Assembly (NCBI GenBank): GCA_013239625.1
Contig: MU053934.1
Span: forward strand, 11,447,003-11,511,002
Origin: Lama guanicoe
Taxonomy: Eukaryota
Reading direction: 5' to 3'
Length of the DNA stretch: 64,000 nucleotides
The position numbers and the translations under genes are program-made. Below, piece by piece: positions 11,690 through 24,049 of the stretch; the stretch's first letter is position 1, and every line of letters starts with the position of its first letter. Under the pieces are notes generated by a model. That model was not told where the DNA came from, did no database searches, and saw nothing but the letters and a program-made list of their open reading frames with translations.

Positions 11690-14600
11690 TGAAAATTACA
11701 CCGTCAGTGGGACCACAGCACACAGACGTCGGCCAGGACCCGCATACCAAACACAAACAGGGTGCCCGCCTGCTGAGATAACAGATTTAAGTGAGACCCG
11801 GAGTCTCCGGGCACTATGATCAAAATGTCCAGGATACCACTGAAATCACCCATCATTAAAAACACTAGGAGAATCACAACTTGAGTGAGGAAAGACAATA
11901 AAGTGACATCCAGAGCAAGATGAAAAGGACGGTGAAGTTGTTGGACAAGGAGTTGAGAGTAGGGCTCATAAAAACGCTTCACCAATCAGTTACAAATTCC
12001 CTCGAAACAAGAGAAAGGTCAGAAAACCTCGGCAATAAAACAGATCTATGAAAAAGAACCAAAGGGAGGTTACAGAGCTGAGAATACAGAAACACGAGCA
12101 CTTGCCGGGTGGGCTCAATACGAGCGGAGAGATAACAGGGAGCAGAGTCGATGAACTTGAGGGCAGAACAGTAGGATTTACCCGAGAGAGAGAGAAATCA
12201 ACAGGAAGCAGAAACGAGCAGTGCCTCCGGGACCTGTGGGAAAGTGACAAAAGATCCAGCCTTCTTATCACCGCGGTGCCAGAGGAAAGGAGGAAGACAG
12301 CGGGGCTGGGGGAGCTCTTGAAGAAGTAAGAGTCGGAAGCAGCCCGATTTGGCAAAAGACGCAAACGTGCAGATCCAAGAGAGTGGGGCAAACACAGAGA
12401 CTAACCCAAAGAAGTCCGCACCAGAACACATCGTAACTAAATTCTGAAAACTGAAGGCACAGAACAACTTCTTGAAGTCAGCCAGAGAGAAGTGGCTCTG
12501 CCGCCTCCGGGAGAACACCAGTCTGCGTGCGAGGATTTCCCCCCCGAAGCCACGGAGACCAGGAGTACGTGCTGCAGCACCGCCCAGTTGCTGAAAGAAG
12601 AGTTAACTGTGGATTCCGCATCCGGCAAAACCGTCCTTCAGGAACGAAGGAGCCACGAGAACACCCTCAGATGAAGAGGAAACAAAGCATCTGCCGCTAC
12701 TAGAAGGCCTGCTCTTGAGACTGGCCGAGTGCGTTCCTCAACGGAAAGGAAATGACGAACGAAGGAATCTTCAGCATCGGGAAGAAAAAGGAACAAAAGA
12801 AAGAACAGAAAGATGAGCACATACAGTAGAATTTTATGAGTGACATTGGATGATTAAAGCAAAAACGGTAAGTCTGCCTAATAGCCGAGATCACGATATA
12901 CAAAAGTGAGGGAGACAAAAGCACCTAAATTTAGGGAGGATTCCACGCTTCACCTGAAGTGGTAATGCTGGTCCCCGTGGGCTGACAAAGTCACACGTGC
13001 TCATTAAAATACTCAGAAAAACCACTACAAAACTGTACAAAATGATATCCCAAAGCCACTATAGATGAATCAAGACAAAATCCTAAACATAATCAAAAGA
13101 CTCAGAGGAATGAGATTTAAAAAAAAAAAGGAAAATAAAATGGTAGACCCTAGCACCAACAGGTCAATAATTACCTTAAACATAAATGGTCTAAATACAC
13201 ACACAAAAATGGAGATTTGCAGAGTGACTAGGACAAAACAAAACACAATCCAGCTGTATACTGCTTCTAAGAAAGTCACTTTATAGTCAGTGGAATAGGC
13301 AAGCAGAAGGTAAGCGGATGGACAAACATATGCACCATGCACCACGCAGACATCAATCGTGGGGAAAAAGCCGTGTCACCAGGGGCTGGGGTGGGGAGGG
13401 GAGGTGTCATGTAAAGGACACAGAGTTTCAGTATGATGAGATGACAGGGCTTCAGAGATGGATGGTGGCGGTGGGTGCACAGTACGATGACTGTATTAGT
13501 ACCACTGAACCGGACACTTAAAAATGGCTAAGATGGTCCATTGTTTCTTACGTATATTTTGTCACAATAAAACAATTGAAAAAAACTGATGGAGTTGAAA
13601 GGAGAAAAGGTGAACCCATGGGTAGAGTTGAGCACTTTAATATTGGCCTCTTGGCAACTGAGAGAACTCTAAGACAGAAAATCCTCAGGGATACGGAAGG
13701 TCAGAAATACACAATAAAAAACGAGACCTAATTGACGACATCCAGAACAGCACCGCAGGAGACATACGATTTTTCAAGGGCTTGAGGACCATTAATCAAG
13801 GCAGAGCATATCCTGGCCAAATTTAAAAACAAATTTAAAAGTACTGACACGAGAAGAGTGTTCTGTTTGGCCAGAAGGGAATCAAACTAGAAATCGATAA
13901 CAAAGAATATCTTTTAATACACGGGCATTAAACAATGCACTTCTAAGTACTCCATAGGTTGAAGAGGAAGTCTCAAAAGACATTAAAAAATACGTAGAGC
14001 CAATGGAAACAAAAATGCATCAAAATTGGTGGGATGCAGTTAACTCAGTGCTGAGAATGGATGTTGCAATACTGAACGCTTAGGTAAGAAACGACCGTCT
14101 CAAGTCAATGATCAAAATTACTTCAAGGATCCAGGAAAGGAAGCAAACCAAACGCAACGGAAGCAGAAGGAAATAAACAATGAGACCAGAAAACAATGAA
14201 GTTAAAAATAGGAAACGAAAGAGAAAAACCTGGTTCTTTTTAAAAATCAACAAAATTAGTAGACTTCTATCAAGACTGAAAGAAGCAGAGTAAAGAACAA
14301 ATCGCCACTATTAAAAGTGCAACAGAGGGCAATCCTACGGCCTTTAAAGACGTGACAGAGGCAGACTACAAAGTTTATTCTCCTGCATTCTACCATGTAG
14401 GTTAATTCCTCGAAAGTGCAAAATACCAAAACAGCCAGGATGAATAGACCATCTAAACAGATCTATAATCCTCAAAATTTTTAAATTCGTAATTGAAAAG
14501 CTCCTGAGAAAGAGATCTTCAGGCTCCGATAGGTTCAATGGAGAATTCTACAAATTTCTTACAGAGGGACTAATGCCAATTTTATGCAACATCTTCCAAA

Positions 14601-15150
14601 AATGCTTCCGGAGCACGTGGACTCCCACCGGCAAAGCAATGAACTTCCACCTGAACCTCAAATCTTACAAAAAGTTAACTCAAAGTAGATCATGGACTCA
14701 CACATAAAATGTAAAATTACAATCTTCAATCAAAAAAAATAGGAGAAAAATTTCAGGCTCCATGGCTTGGCAAACAGTCCTCGAACCTGACACCGCCGCA
14801 CAGACCCAGGAAGGCGACCGCTGATCCACTAAGCCTCGTCAGGACGCACACGCCGTCCTCTGCGCGCGTCCACGGGAGGAGGACGAGAGGGCAGGCCAGG
14901 AACCACAAGCCGCCTGGGGAAAATGCTTGTGAACCGCGTTCCGACACAGGACTAATAGCGAAACACCCAGTGAGCCCTGAGCATCCAGCGCAGGAAGCAA
15001 ACACTCGGCCGGCAGTGGCACAGGGCGCAGACAGGCGTTTCCCTGAGGGGCCTGCACGGACAGCAGACGCCACGTGAAAAGAGGCTGGGCTTCTTCAGGT
15101 CTCCAGATGTGAAGGGAACCTGCAGTGAGATCTCACTGTACTTACTGGAC
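11690..15150 (+). mobile_element. Degenerate, internally deleted LINE-1 (L1M, L1MD-like 5' end) with ORF1 and ORF2 remnants
   Basis: ORF 12048-12329 gives ORF1p-like 'RNEQCLRDLWESDKRSSLLITAVPEE'. ORF 13065-13286 gives endonuclease-start 'SIITLNINGLN'. ~14510-14600 encodes 'SSGSDRFNGEFYKFL' (cf. PGPDGFTGEFY). 14600-15150 follows the ORF2 C-terminal nucleotide consensus. Many stops and frameshifts. Confidence 0.92.
13350..13585 (+). mobile_element. Nested L1 3'-end fragment (L1MB-like) inside the endonuclease region of the host L1
   Basis: 'agagtttcagt...cagagatggatggtgg...ccactgaac...cacttaaaaatggctaagatgg...tatattttgtcacaataaaa' plus a short A tail matches the L1MB 3' terminus; host ORF2 resumes at 'ctgatggagttgaaaggagaaa'. 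Confidence 0.8.
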
Positions 15151-16630
15151 GTAAAAGAGTCAGCAGGTGTGTAGGGGCCCCCAAACAAATGCAGGGATCG
15201 CCACGCAGGCGTACAGGACACCGCCCGGGGCACGCTCGCGTGCGTTCCTCCTTTGGGGTCTGGAGCCTAAGGGCAGAGAAGAGAAGTCCCCATACTTCAG
15301 AGACTCAGGCTTGCTCACGGCCCCCTGGACGTAGGAAGGGGACCCGGGGGATGCCCTGCCACCCCTTAGCACCAGCCTGTCGCTGCAGCTCCTTCCCTTC
15401 CCCACCGGCTCCTGGCCTGGGTTTCTGATGAGAGATGTGGGAGTGAAAGGCAGATCGATGTGAGGGTCAGGGAACCCTGGGTTCCGTGCTAGACCCTTTG
15501 ATTGAGACCATTGGTAGCAGGGCTGCTGGAATCTCCCAGCAGCGGGGGAACCACCAGCCCCAGCAGGGAAACCCACGACCGGTTCTGTCTCCCTCCCAGC
15601 CCTGCGATGAGGGGCTGGGCCAGTGTGTGGGAAGGGAGGGGGCCCGAGGGACGGCCAGCGTCGTCCAGCACAGGACTCTCCGCCCTGCTGTCCTCTCACA
15701 GGTGGGGGCAGCTGCCCAGAGCCAGGCGTCCCCTCTCCAGCTCACAGATTTGTCACCTTGAAGACGAAATAAATCAGGGGCAGTGCTGTCCAGCAGCCGC
15801 CCTGTGTCCTTCGCTGTGTGCCGAGCCGCTGGGACACGGGACAGAAGCCCAGGACCTCCAGGCGCTGCCTTCAAAGACAGAGGCTGTGCCTTCACACCGG
15901 ACAGACTAAGCTTCCGTGAGCACATGCACGTCTGGGCTGGGGGCTGCTAGCCGAGGGCTGCTGGGGGGCTTCTCAGGGCGGACAGACAGCCTCGTCTCCG
16001 TCCTGGAGCCTGAGCCCGCTGGGAAGTGGGCTGTGAGAGCGGCAGAGGGACATCGCTGTCGGCTTTGTGGCCGCAGAGCCAACGGGAGAAATGGACTCAG
16101 GTCGCATCCTACTGGGCTGACAGCCCCCTGCCCCACCCGCCCCACCAGGCACAGCCCCACGTGGCGTGGAGGGAGACTTAGGTCCCCGCATCAGGCCACC
16201 TGTCCGCCACGCCTGGGGAACGGTCCCCCAGAGCTGCAGCTGAAGTGACCGGTCCGGGGCCTGTCCCAGCAGGTCCCCACGCTCCCTAGGCCAGAGTGCA
16301 GGCTCGGATCCAGCCCGAGGGGCCCGGCAGCGCGTCCGGCTGAGCCTTCCCGCCAACCTCCCACCCCGCAACTCCTACAACAAAATGTTCTTTTTGGCCT
16401 AGAACATTTAGAAGATTTTTGCAAATGCAAATGCACTGCAGGGAAAATCATATCTCATTACAGACTCGCTGAACAACTGGGCTTCTCCCCCACAAAATGT
16501 AAATTAAGACTTGACAGCCAAATATTTCTTATCTGAAGAAGAAAAATGTCATCACAGAGGAGCCTATCCATGAGCTGCATGTGGCCAGGCCTAAGAAGAT
16601 ACCTCGGATTTGAAACAGGAGGACAGGTGA

Positions 16631-16718
16631 GGGGGAGGGGAAGGCAGGGGAGGGAGGGAGGAGTGCGGGTGGGGGAGGGGTGTGGGTGGAGGAGGGCAGG
16701 GCAGGTGAGGGAGGGGGG
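16631..16718 (+). other. G-run tract, potential G-quadruplex
   Basis: At least 10 runs of GGG or longer with short loops. Confidence 0.6.
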
Positions 16719-18779
16719 CTCTGAGTCGGTACCACCACCGTCCCTGTGTCCTGGTCGCCCAGGAAGAGCCCTGCCCGGGGTGCCCTCGTCCTGGAATGCA
16801 CCTCCTTGGCCCCAAACACACCCGCACTGCAGTACTCACTCCTCCAGCCCTCGTGCAGAAAACACCTCTGGCCCACTCAGATCGTCTGTCTCCTCTTCGA
16901 GCAGCTTCAAACCTGCCTGAACAGACGTCAAGGCCTCTGCGCGTCTGTGACCCCCGCCAGGCTGGAGGCCAGCCTAGCGCCCAGACCTGCCCTCCCCCCT
17001 GCCGCCTTGTCTGCAGCCCCCGCAGCGCTTCTGCCCCCAGGACGGCGCTGGGAGGGGCGGCTGAGGCACCGTGAGGCTCCGGGCCCTGGCTTGGGTGGTT
17101 TTGCTTCCAGGTGGCTCAGAAAACCGAACTGCGCATAATTCACCCCTAACACCCCACGCGCTAACCTTCGTTAGTGTCTTCATAATCCGCGCCCGGAGAC
17201 GGCCACGCCCTCCATCTTAGGCTTCAGACTACGTATCCGAACATGCTTTGAGAGAAAGCATGAAATTGCTTCTTTTACTAGAACAATCAGACCCATTTAT
17301 GAAGACACAGTGCTGAGGGGTTTCAGCCGAACCTTCCCCTCGTCCCCAGACGAACCACGTCCGCAGAATTGGCTGGTTCTCAACACCTGGCCATTCCTTC
17401 AGCAAATTCAGATCCCATTTTCCTCAGTAAGTCTATTTTGCTGTGATTAGTAAATACAGAGAGGGGCCGGTCATTTTAAGCGCTTCTCCCCGTCTTTGCA
17501 CAGGAATCGTAGGGAGAACATGGGCTGAAAGCACGAGGGCTTTTCCTCTCCTTTAACATAAAGGGAGGCGAGAAGCAGAGAAATGTGACAAGGTCACGTG
17601 TCCTGCCGTTTCAGCAAGGACTTCAGTTTTGCTCCTAATCCCGCTGAGAATTAGCCACCGACGCCGCGTGCCTCAGCCAAGAGTAACCGGCCACACCCAG
17701 GTTCTCCTGGGAGCATCCGGGTGCCAGCCCAGGCAGGCAGGGCTCTCCAGTAGTAAGCTGAGCAAGGCAGCCCCGGGGACGTGCGCGCGGGCTGAGCTAG
17801 AAGCGAGGGCAGCGGGGCCTGCGGGCGCGCTCGCTGCGTGGGAGGTGGCGCAGGTCGGGGAAAGATGGACGCTTCTGGAAAGATGGCATGTTCCGTGTCC
17901 TTGCTCACCCACCCCAGGCTTCTTTGGAAAACTCCAAACCAGAAGCAGAGGGTGGAAGTTTAGCTGCAAGTACTTTGGATGAGGCTCTGGGCCAGGCAGT
18001 TCCCGCGGCCTCAGCCCCAGCCCTGTCTGCACACGGGTGGCCGCATGTGAGGCAGGGTGTCCGGGGAGGAGGGTGGCCTCTGAGCCGAAGGCAACCTTTG
18101 AGATGACAATGTGCGGACTCAGCCTCTGGGGAGAACTCGGGGGCCCTGACTTGAGTCCCAGCGGCTGGTCTCCCAAGGGCGGAGTGGTTCTGACCCATCA
18201 GAACCCAGGACCGTGGGTTCCTGGTTCTCCTGAAGCTGTTTCCCTCTGGCTGTGCATGGGCTCTATTCTCTTGTCTTGGAGACTCCGCCCTGGGGCCTCA
18301 GGGCTGGGTGGCCTTGTCACAAATGCACAACCAAGGACAGGGAGAAGGGGAGTTCTGGCCCGGGGTGAAGTCACCTGGCACTGAGCAGTCGGGGCTCCCG
18401 CTGGTTCTCTAACCAGGAGGCCGGCCTGTGTGTCCCAGCAGCCACCGCCCGGACCTCCCCCGTGTCTGTGGTGGGGCCGCCGTTCCCGGCTGCACATGGG
18501 TCCTGAACTTCCTGAAGCATCGCTCGCCTTCTGCTGAATCACGTCTGGGGGAGTGAGGGGACATGCGGGAGTACTGGGGCGCCCCAGGGGTGGGGAACAC
18601 AGGGGGGGTCACAGCCTTCTCTACCCAGGAAGCACCCTGTGCATGCACGACCTTATGATAGATCCACGGAGAGTGGGAGGAAGGGACGCAGTCCCCCACT
18701 AACCACCCATCTGCAAAGCTCGGTGCTCCTACCCACCTGGTGGCCCGTGCTGGGCTCCAGGGATGTGAGGCCAGTGGGC

Positions 18780-18852
18780 AGCATGACCCCTGCCCCGAGA
18801 GGCTGGTTCATAGGAGGACCCCAGTGCGTATTTGCCCATGGAATGAATGAAT
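18780..18852 (+). mobile_element. L2 3'-end remnant
   Basis: 'ggctggttcataggaggaccc...tatttg...gaatgaatgaat' resembles the L2 terminus with its (GAAT)n tail. Confidence 0.55.
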
Positions 18853-19479
18853 CCGGCCAGCCAGCGGCCAGCCCACAAGGGTCTACTGATTGCTGCTCTT
18901 ACCTGCTCTGCTCAGGACCGCCTCCACGACCCAAGCGTAGCCAGAGCGAGAAGATGGATCACTCAGGTCAGTCACCAAAGGACCTGGAGGTCGTGGTGCC
19001 AACCTGCCACTGTTTGGGTGCTGAGAAAAGCTGGTCCCCGACTGAGGTCACCCCACACAGAGGGACATCGGCCTCAGGGGGTGCCTTGAGGAGCTGGTTG
19101 CCTTGGAGCCAGGCACAGTTAGGGGAGTGGCTGTGGCGTCTCTTAGGGCCCGGTCCTTCATCCAGGGGCTTCCCTCACAGGCCGGCACGCCCAAAGGGAC
19201 AGAAACCAGCACCTCCCTCCTGCACGTTTGTTTGTTGTTTGTTTTTAGGGCTCAGACTGTTGATGGCTTTTTGGTCCATGCTCTAGGTTTTCCATTAGTT
19301 AGCGCCCTGTGCAAAGACGTAAAAGAAGATTGGTAAGACTCTTTTGGGGAAAAAAGATGTTTCTCCAGGGGACCAGAAAGCCCCCAAGGGCAGGAAAGAG
19401 CACGAGGAGAGCCGCAGGCGACGCGGCACAGACGTGGCACAGGACGGCACCGCGGGGCTGGGCGCGGCGACCATGCCCT

Positions 19480-19990
19480 GGGAGGACCAGCTCCTCAAAC
19501 GGGAACAAATAAAAGTCATCTGTAAGTTACATCCAAAAACATGAAATGCCCAGTGGGGTAAAGACCTAATTTTGTAACTAATGTTTTCCGATGTTTAGGA
19601 GAAAACGTGGGGTCAGATCTTCACGACCGTCAAGACAGGTTAAAAACGAAGACGCCCAGGAAGAAGGGGACACGACTGCCTCGTGCCAATACGCGGGACT
19701 GAGCTTCTGTGGAACGAGAGGCAGCGCTGCGAGAAGATGGGCCTCAGCCCGGGGGCGGCACGGCGGTGGCGCGGCTGGCGCCGGGTGGTGCTCAGAGCGC
19801 CCAAAGCCTCGCGGCGGAGGAGGTTAGACACAGACGACTGAATCGAGCCCCAGGTGAAGGACATGCGCAGACGTTTCACGGAAGGGGCAAAAAGGTAAAG
19901 GCCAACGACATTTGAAAAATTCTGAACTTGGTGGTAAGCAGAAAAATAGAAAGTGAGGCAACATGACATGAAATCTCACCCTCTGGGGGC
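19480..19990 (+). mobile_element. Degenerate L1ME-like ORF2 3' fragment
   Basis: 'cagacgtttcacggaagggg...aaggccaacgacatttgaaaaattctgaac...gcagaaaaatagaaagtgaggcaacatgacatgaaatctcacc' parallels the L1 ORF2 C-terminal consensus. Confidence 0.55.
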
Positions 19991-20129
19991 AGAAGTGCAA
20001 ACAGCAGGGGCTGTGAGGGCGGCTGGGGGAGAGCATCCTCAGAGGGGACACTCACGAGGGCACCTGCCGACCACACGCACAGGCCAGTGTGCCCCGGAAG
20101 TCCTCTCCCAGCCTCGCGCCGGGGCACTG

Positions 20130-20340
20130 TGACCACTGAAGTCTGAAGGCCAGAAGATCCAGGATGACGGGAGGACCATGGGCTCCCACTATTCTTCTGC
20201 CCCACCATTCTTTTTCAGTATCTTCTGGTCTCAAGATTGCCTCATGTTCCAAGATGGCTGCTGATTCCCAGCAGTCTCATCCCCACTCCAGGCAAGAAGC
20301 AGGAGGAGGTGGAAGAAGATGGGAGACTGCAGGCCCTGCT
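20130..20340. mobile_element. Old MLT1 (J/K-like) LTR fragment
   Basis: 'gcctcatgttccaagatggctgctg...tctcatccccactccaggcaagaagcagg' is typical of the older MLT1 subfamilies. Confidence 0.5.
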
Positions 20341-20404
20341 CCACACTTCCCTCCCCAGAGGGCTGGAATGGTAGAGGGGCAGGAGGGGTTTCACGGACAG
20401 CTCT

Positions 20405-20650
20405 GATTTTTTTTCAAAAATCATAATTAATAACAAATATGGACAATTTAAAAATTTGTTACAGACAAGACTAACAAAGCAAGGTTTTACGGGATTTACT
20501 CCCTGTGGTTTCATTTATGTTCGATTGGAACGGTTCCTAGGAAGAGACAGGAATGAAAGAGGAGATGAATTTAATACATTGACTGCTGTTAATGATATGA
20601 AATGATTCATTGACTTGTAACAATAATAACCAGCAACTGACCTGTTAGCA
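20405..20650. promoter_or_regulatory. AT-rich candidate enhancer island
   Basis: CATAATTAAT, TGATTCAT, AACAAT and TTTTACG motifs in an apparently non-repeat AT island. Confidence 0.4.
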
Positions 20651-20689
20651 TCCCCTCCCTCCTGCAAGGAAGTCAGAGCTGCCAGGAAG

Positions 20690-21010
20690 CCAGGAGGACC
20701 CCCCAGTGGAAGCCTCCAGCTCTGTGACTTGTGTGATGGTCTGTGCGGCCGCCTCCTCAGCCCAGCGTCTATCCCCCTCTTCCTCACCTTTTCTTATGGC
20801 CCTTTTCTCGTGCTTTTCCCACTCGAGAACAGTTTCCCCCATCCAGGTCATCTCAACATGACCTTCAGTTACAGCCTGTCCACACACCTCTAGGTACCAC
20901 ACGGATCGTCGATGCTCTGCCTGCTTGGAGCCCGTCCACCGTGGATGTAAATAACCTGGCCTTTAAGTACCTGCTTCCAGGTGGTCCTCCCGAGCACCTG
21001 GGCCAGGTGA
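20690..21010. mobile_element. Possible L2 fragment
   Basis: Pyrimidine-rich stretch 'ccttttctcgtgcttttccc...catccaggtcatctc...ccttcagttacagcctg...gatgctctg' resembles internal L2 sequence. Confidence 0.35.
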
Positions 21011-22009
21011 CCTCGACTCCAGTGCCCCTGGGAGCTCTGGTCACGTGCCGGGTCCACTCTCTCAGCTGAGAGCCTGTGCGGGCTGACCCTGGAGCAGGTG
21101 CACTTCAGGGTCGGCTCGCACCTGAGCTAGTACCTGGCACACACCTCCACCTGAGACAGCTGGATACGGGTAGAAGACGCCACCAGGAATGTGGGGAGCA
21201 GGTCCCCACGGAGCCTGTCAGGGGAGAGAGAGACGGATGAATGCAGCTCCACGCACATTTCATTTCCTGACCATCCTAATGGGAATGATGGTTTAGAAAG
21301 CATTTCATGGCCCCCAAACAGAAGCACAGCCCCGTCCCTGGCCCGGGGTACCCACAGTGTCCAGCACCTGCTTCCTCTCTCACTGTTTATCCATTGTCTG
21401 TTTCTTTGTCCACCATGTTTTCTCCAGTCTGCTGACTGGCTGTTCATTATGCATTTTTGCCAAAGAGGCTCATAATTTCTGACTCTTTAGATCGTTTCCA
21501 AATATGTCACTTAAAATGAGCTGCTGGCTTCTGAGCAGCCACGGGGAAAGCTCTATTTCAGGGGTGGGGGGAGGGAAGGGGGGCCCTGATGCTCCGAACC
21601 TGGCGCCACCAGCCTCAGGCCGGCCCATCGCCCCGTGATGCACCTGCTGCCCGTGTTGGAGTCGGGTGCCTCCCGGGGGCCTGCTGCCCGGGGGGTCGAG
21701 GCTGGCAGAGGAGGCGGATGGCATTCCAGGCCCAGGAGCCTTGAGAAGGACCGTCCCCGGGAGCCCGTCTTGTTCCCAGAGCTCAGCACAGCGGATGCCC
21801 CACGGGGGATGTGGAGGGACGTCAGCCGATGTGCCGGGTCCTGTTGGGCTGGTGGATCCGTGGCTCCAGGGCCGTGCAGAGACCCCCACCTCCCGGCTCC
21901 TCCATCGCACAGCAGGGAGGGAGGGGGCAGTGAACCGTGAGCTGACTGGCGGTGGCTGCCACCCCATGGGACCAGCTCGGCTGTGGGCGAGGGATCCCGA
22001 CGCCAAGAA

Positions 22010-22365
22010 GTGAGAAAATTGGCAGCTGGCTGTAAAAAACTGCCAGCAAATAAGGCACCTGCTGAATTAAGATGCAAAGCGTTCCTTCCAGCTCCCTGAT
22101 AGCCACTGAACGGTGAAACTCCGGTCTTTCCATGGAAGAAATTGGCATTAATAAGATAAAACTGTATTTGGAATAACTGACATTTTGATGAATGTGCCGG
22201 CAGGACTGGATGTGAGACTTGTGATGGATAATATTTGGGGTTGCCTGGGGTTGCGTTTAATTGTTCCTTCTCCATTCTCAACTTCAGTTAAGTGTAATAG
22301 AAACCCTGGGTAATGTTGGAATTTATCTTTCGGGAGGCAGACGCAGGCCTTAATGATCAATCCGG
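22010..22365. promoter_or_regulatory. AT-rich candidate enhancer island
   Basis: TTGGC (NFI half-site) twice, ATTAAT, AGATAA, TTAATT, TTATCT and CAGCTG/CACCTG E-boxes; no recognisable repeat. Confidence 0.45.
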
Positions 22366-24049
22366 GCTGACAGCTGCTCCACCCGTGGGAAGCAGGCGAG
22401 CTCAGAGCTGGTGGAGCTGCACCCCACGCCCTGGGACCGCGTGCCACCTGCAGGCAGGGGCGCCGCCTCCCGGCCGGTCCCTCCTCCCCGGTGCTCAGCC
22501 AGGCGGGGCACCTGGGAGCGGAGGCTGAACGTCTGCACAGAAGTGAGCACACTCAGCTGGAAGACCCCTTGTCCCACCGTGAAAAGCCCGCAAGTGAGCT
22601 GACGTCTGGAGCCCCGCGGGGGAGCGTGGGCGTTAACAGAACAAGACTGAATGGCGCTCCTGCCCTCAGATCTCCCTCAGGCTCAAGCTGGTGGCCTGAG
22701 CTGCCTTCACAGGCAGGTCTCTTCCATTCCTATGGATGTAGGTGCCCCGGGCGTGGGCTTCTGCCAGCCCGCAGCCTGGATTCAGGGCTCTGCCCCCCAC
22801 AGGGAGCACTCGCATCCTCTGCCCCAATCCTCCAGACAGACAGCGAGGGACCTCTTCTCACTCCGGCTGGTCTTGCCCGCCAGGCTGCCATCGTGTGCTC
22901 ATATGACCATGCACCAGGCCGCTTCATCCTGCTCCTTGCCTGGGTCCCCAGCTCCCGGCACAGTGGCCGGTAGAAGTCACCTTGCACCCGTGTGTCACAT
23001 GCAGCGGGATCGCCCGTCTCTTTGTCTCTTGTCTTTGCCTAAACGTTGAACTCTTGCAGGGAAAGCACCACACAGACACACGTATGTGTCCCCAGGTCTG
23101 AGCATCGTCTCTGCAGATCCTCGGAGGAGACAGCGAGGAAGGCCCGGAGCGCAGCCTCTGCGGGGGCCATGGTCTCCCAGTATAAGGCTGCCACCCCGGA
23201 GCCGGGCCGGGGGCCGGCCCACCGGGCCTCGGGCTCCCCCGCAATGCCAGGAACCAGCAGCCCTGGAGAGGAGGGCCGGGGAGCGGGCCGGGGACCTGGG
23301 GCCAGAGTGCAAGGACCCCAGTGACGGTTTGTCAAAGGTCCTTGGAGGAAGGGAAGTGAGACCTGAATCTTTGCAAAGAAATACTGGGTTATTGGATGGA
23401 AAGACAGAAGAAAGTAGAAAATACCAATTTCCACAAACTAATATAAACTCTAAGGTAATTCCAAATAGAATTCCACTGCATGTGCATATGCATGTGTGAG
23501 TGTGTCATTTGCATAAAATAATCTTAAGCTCATACAACAAAATACATGTCTCAAAGTCACCAAGAGAACCAGAAAAGAAGATGGGCAGGGCTCTTGCTGG
23601 AGAGATCTGAAGTGTCGGGGATGACAACCGCAGCAGACGCGTTGGGGGACCGCTCGGGGCGGCGCCCAGGCCTCTCCGGGGAAGGGGACCTTGCAGAGAA
23701 GCACGCAGACTCTGCGCCCGTCTGTGCAGAAGTGAATGGGCTGGGCTTCCAGCTCATCTCCCACTCAGAGATAAGCAGCAGGTGCGGCACACATTAAACT
23801 ATAACACAATACAGTCTTAGAGAAAGTGAGTCTGCGTGTAACCTGTGGTTTTGGCAAATGTTTGTAATGAACATTGGCAACAGAGCAGCCATTAAAGAAA
23901 AAATCATAAAGAAACATATGTGGTTGCGTTTTAACAAACGTGTAGCGTGGTTTTCCAGCACAGAGCAGTCGGGGGGGGGTGACTGGCTGCGAGCCACAGA
24001 GAGCGTCTACAATCGAAATTTAAGAAGACAAGAGAAATTCGGGCAAAGT

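Noticed and set aside
12048-13286. ORFs that look like real proteins (coiled-coil, endonuclease)
   Set aside because: They are fragments of a dead L1 (ORF1p/ORF2p) broken by stops and frameshifts, not host genes or an active retroelement.
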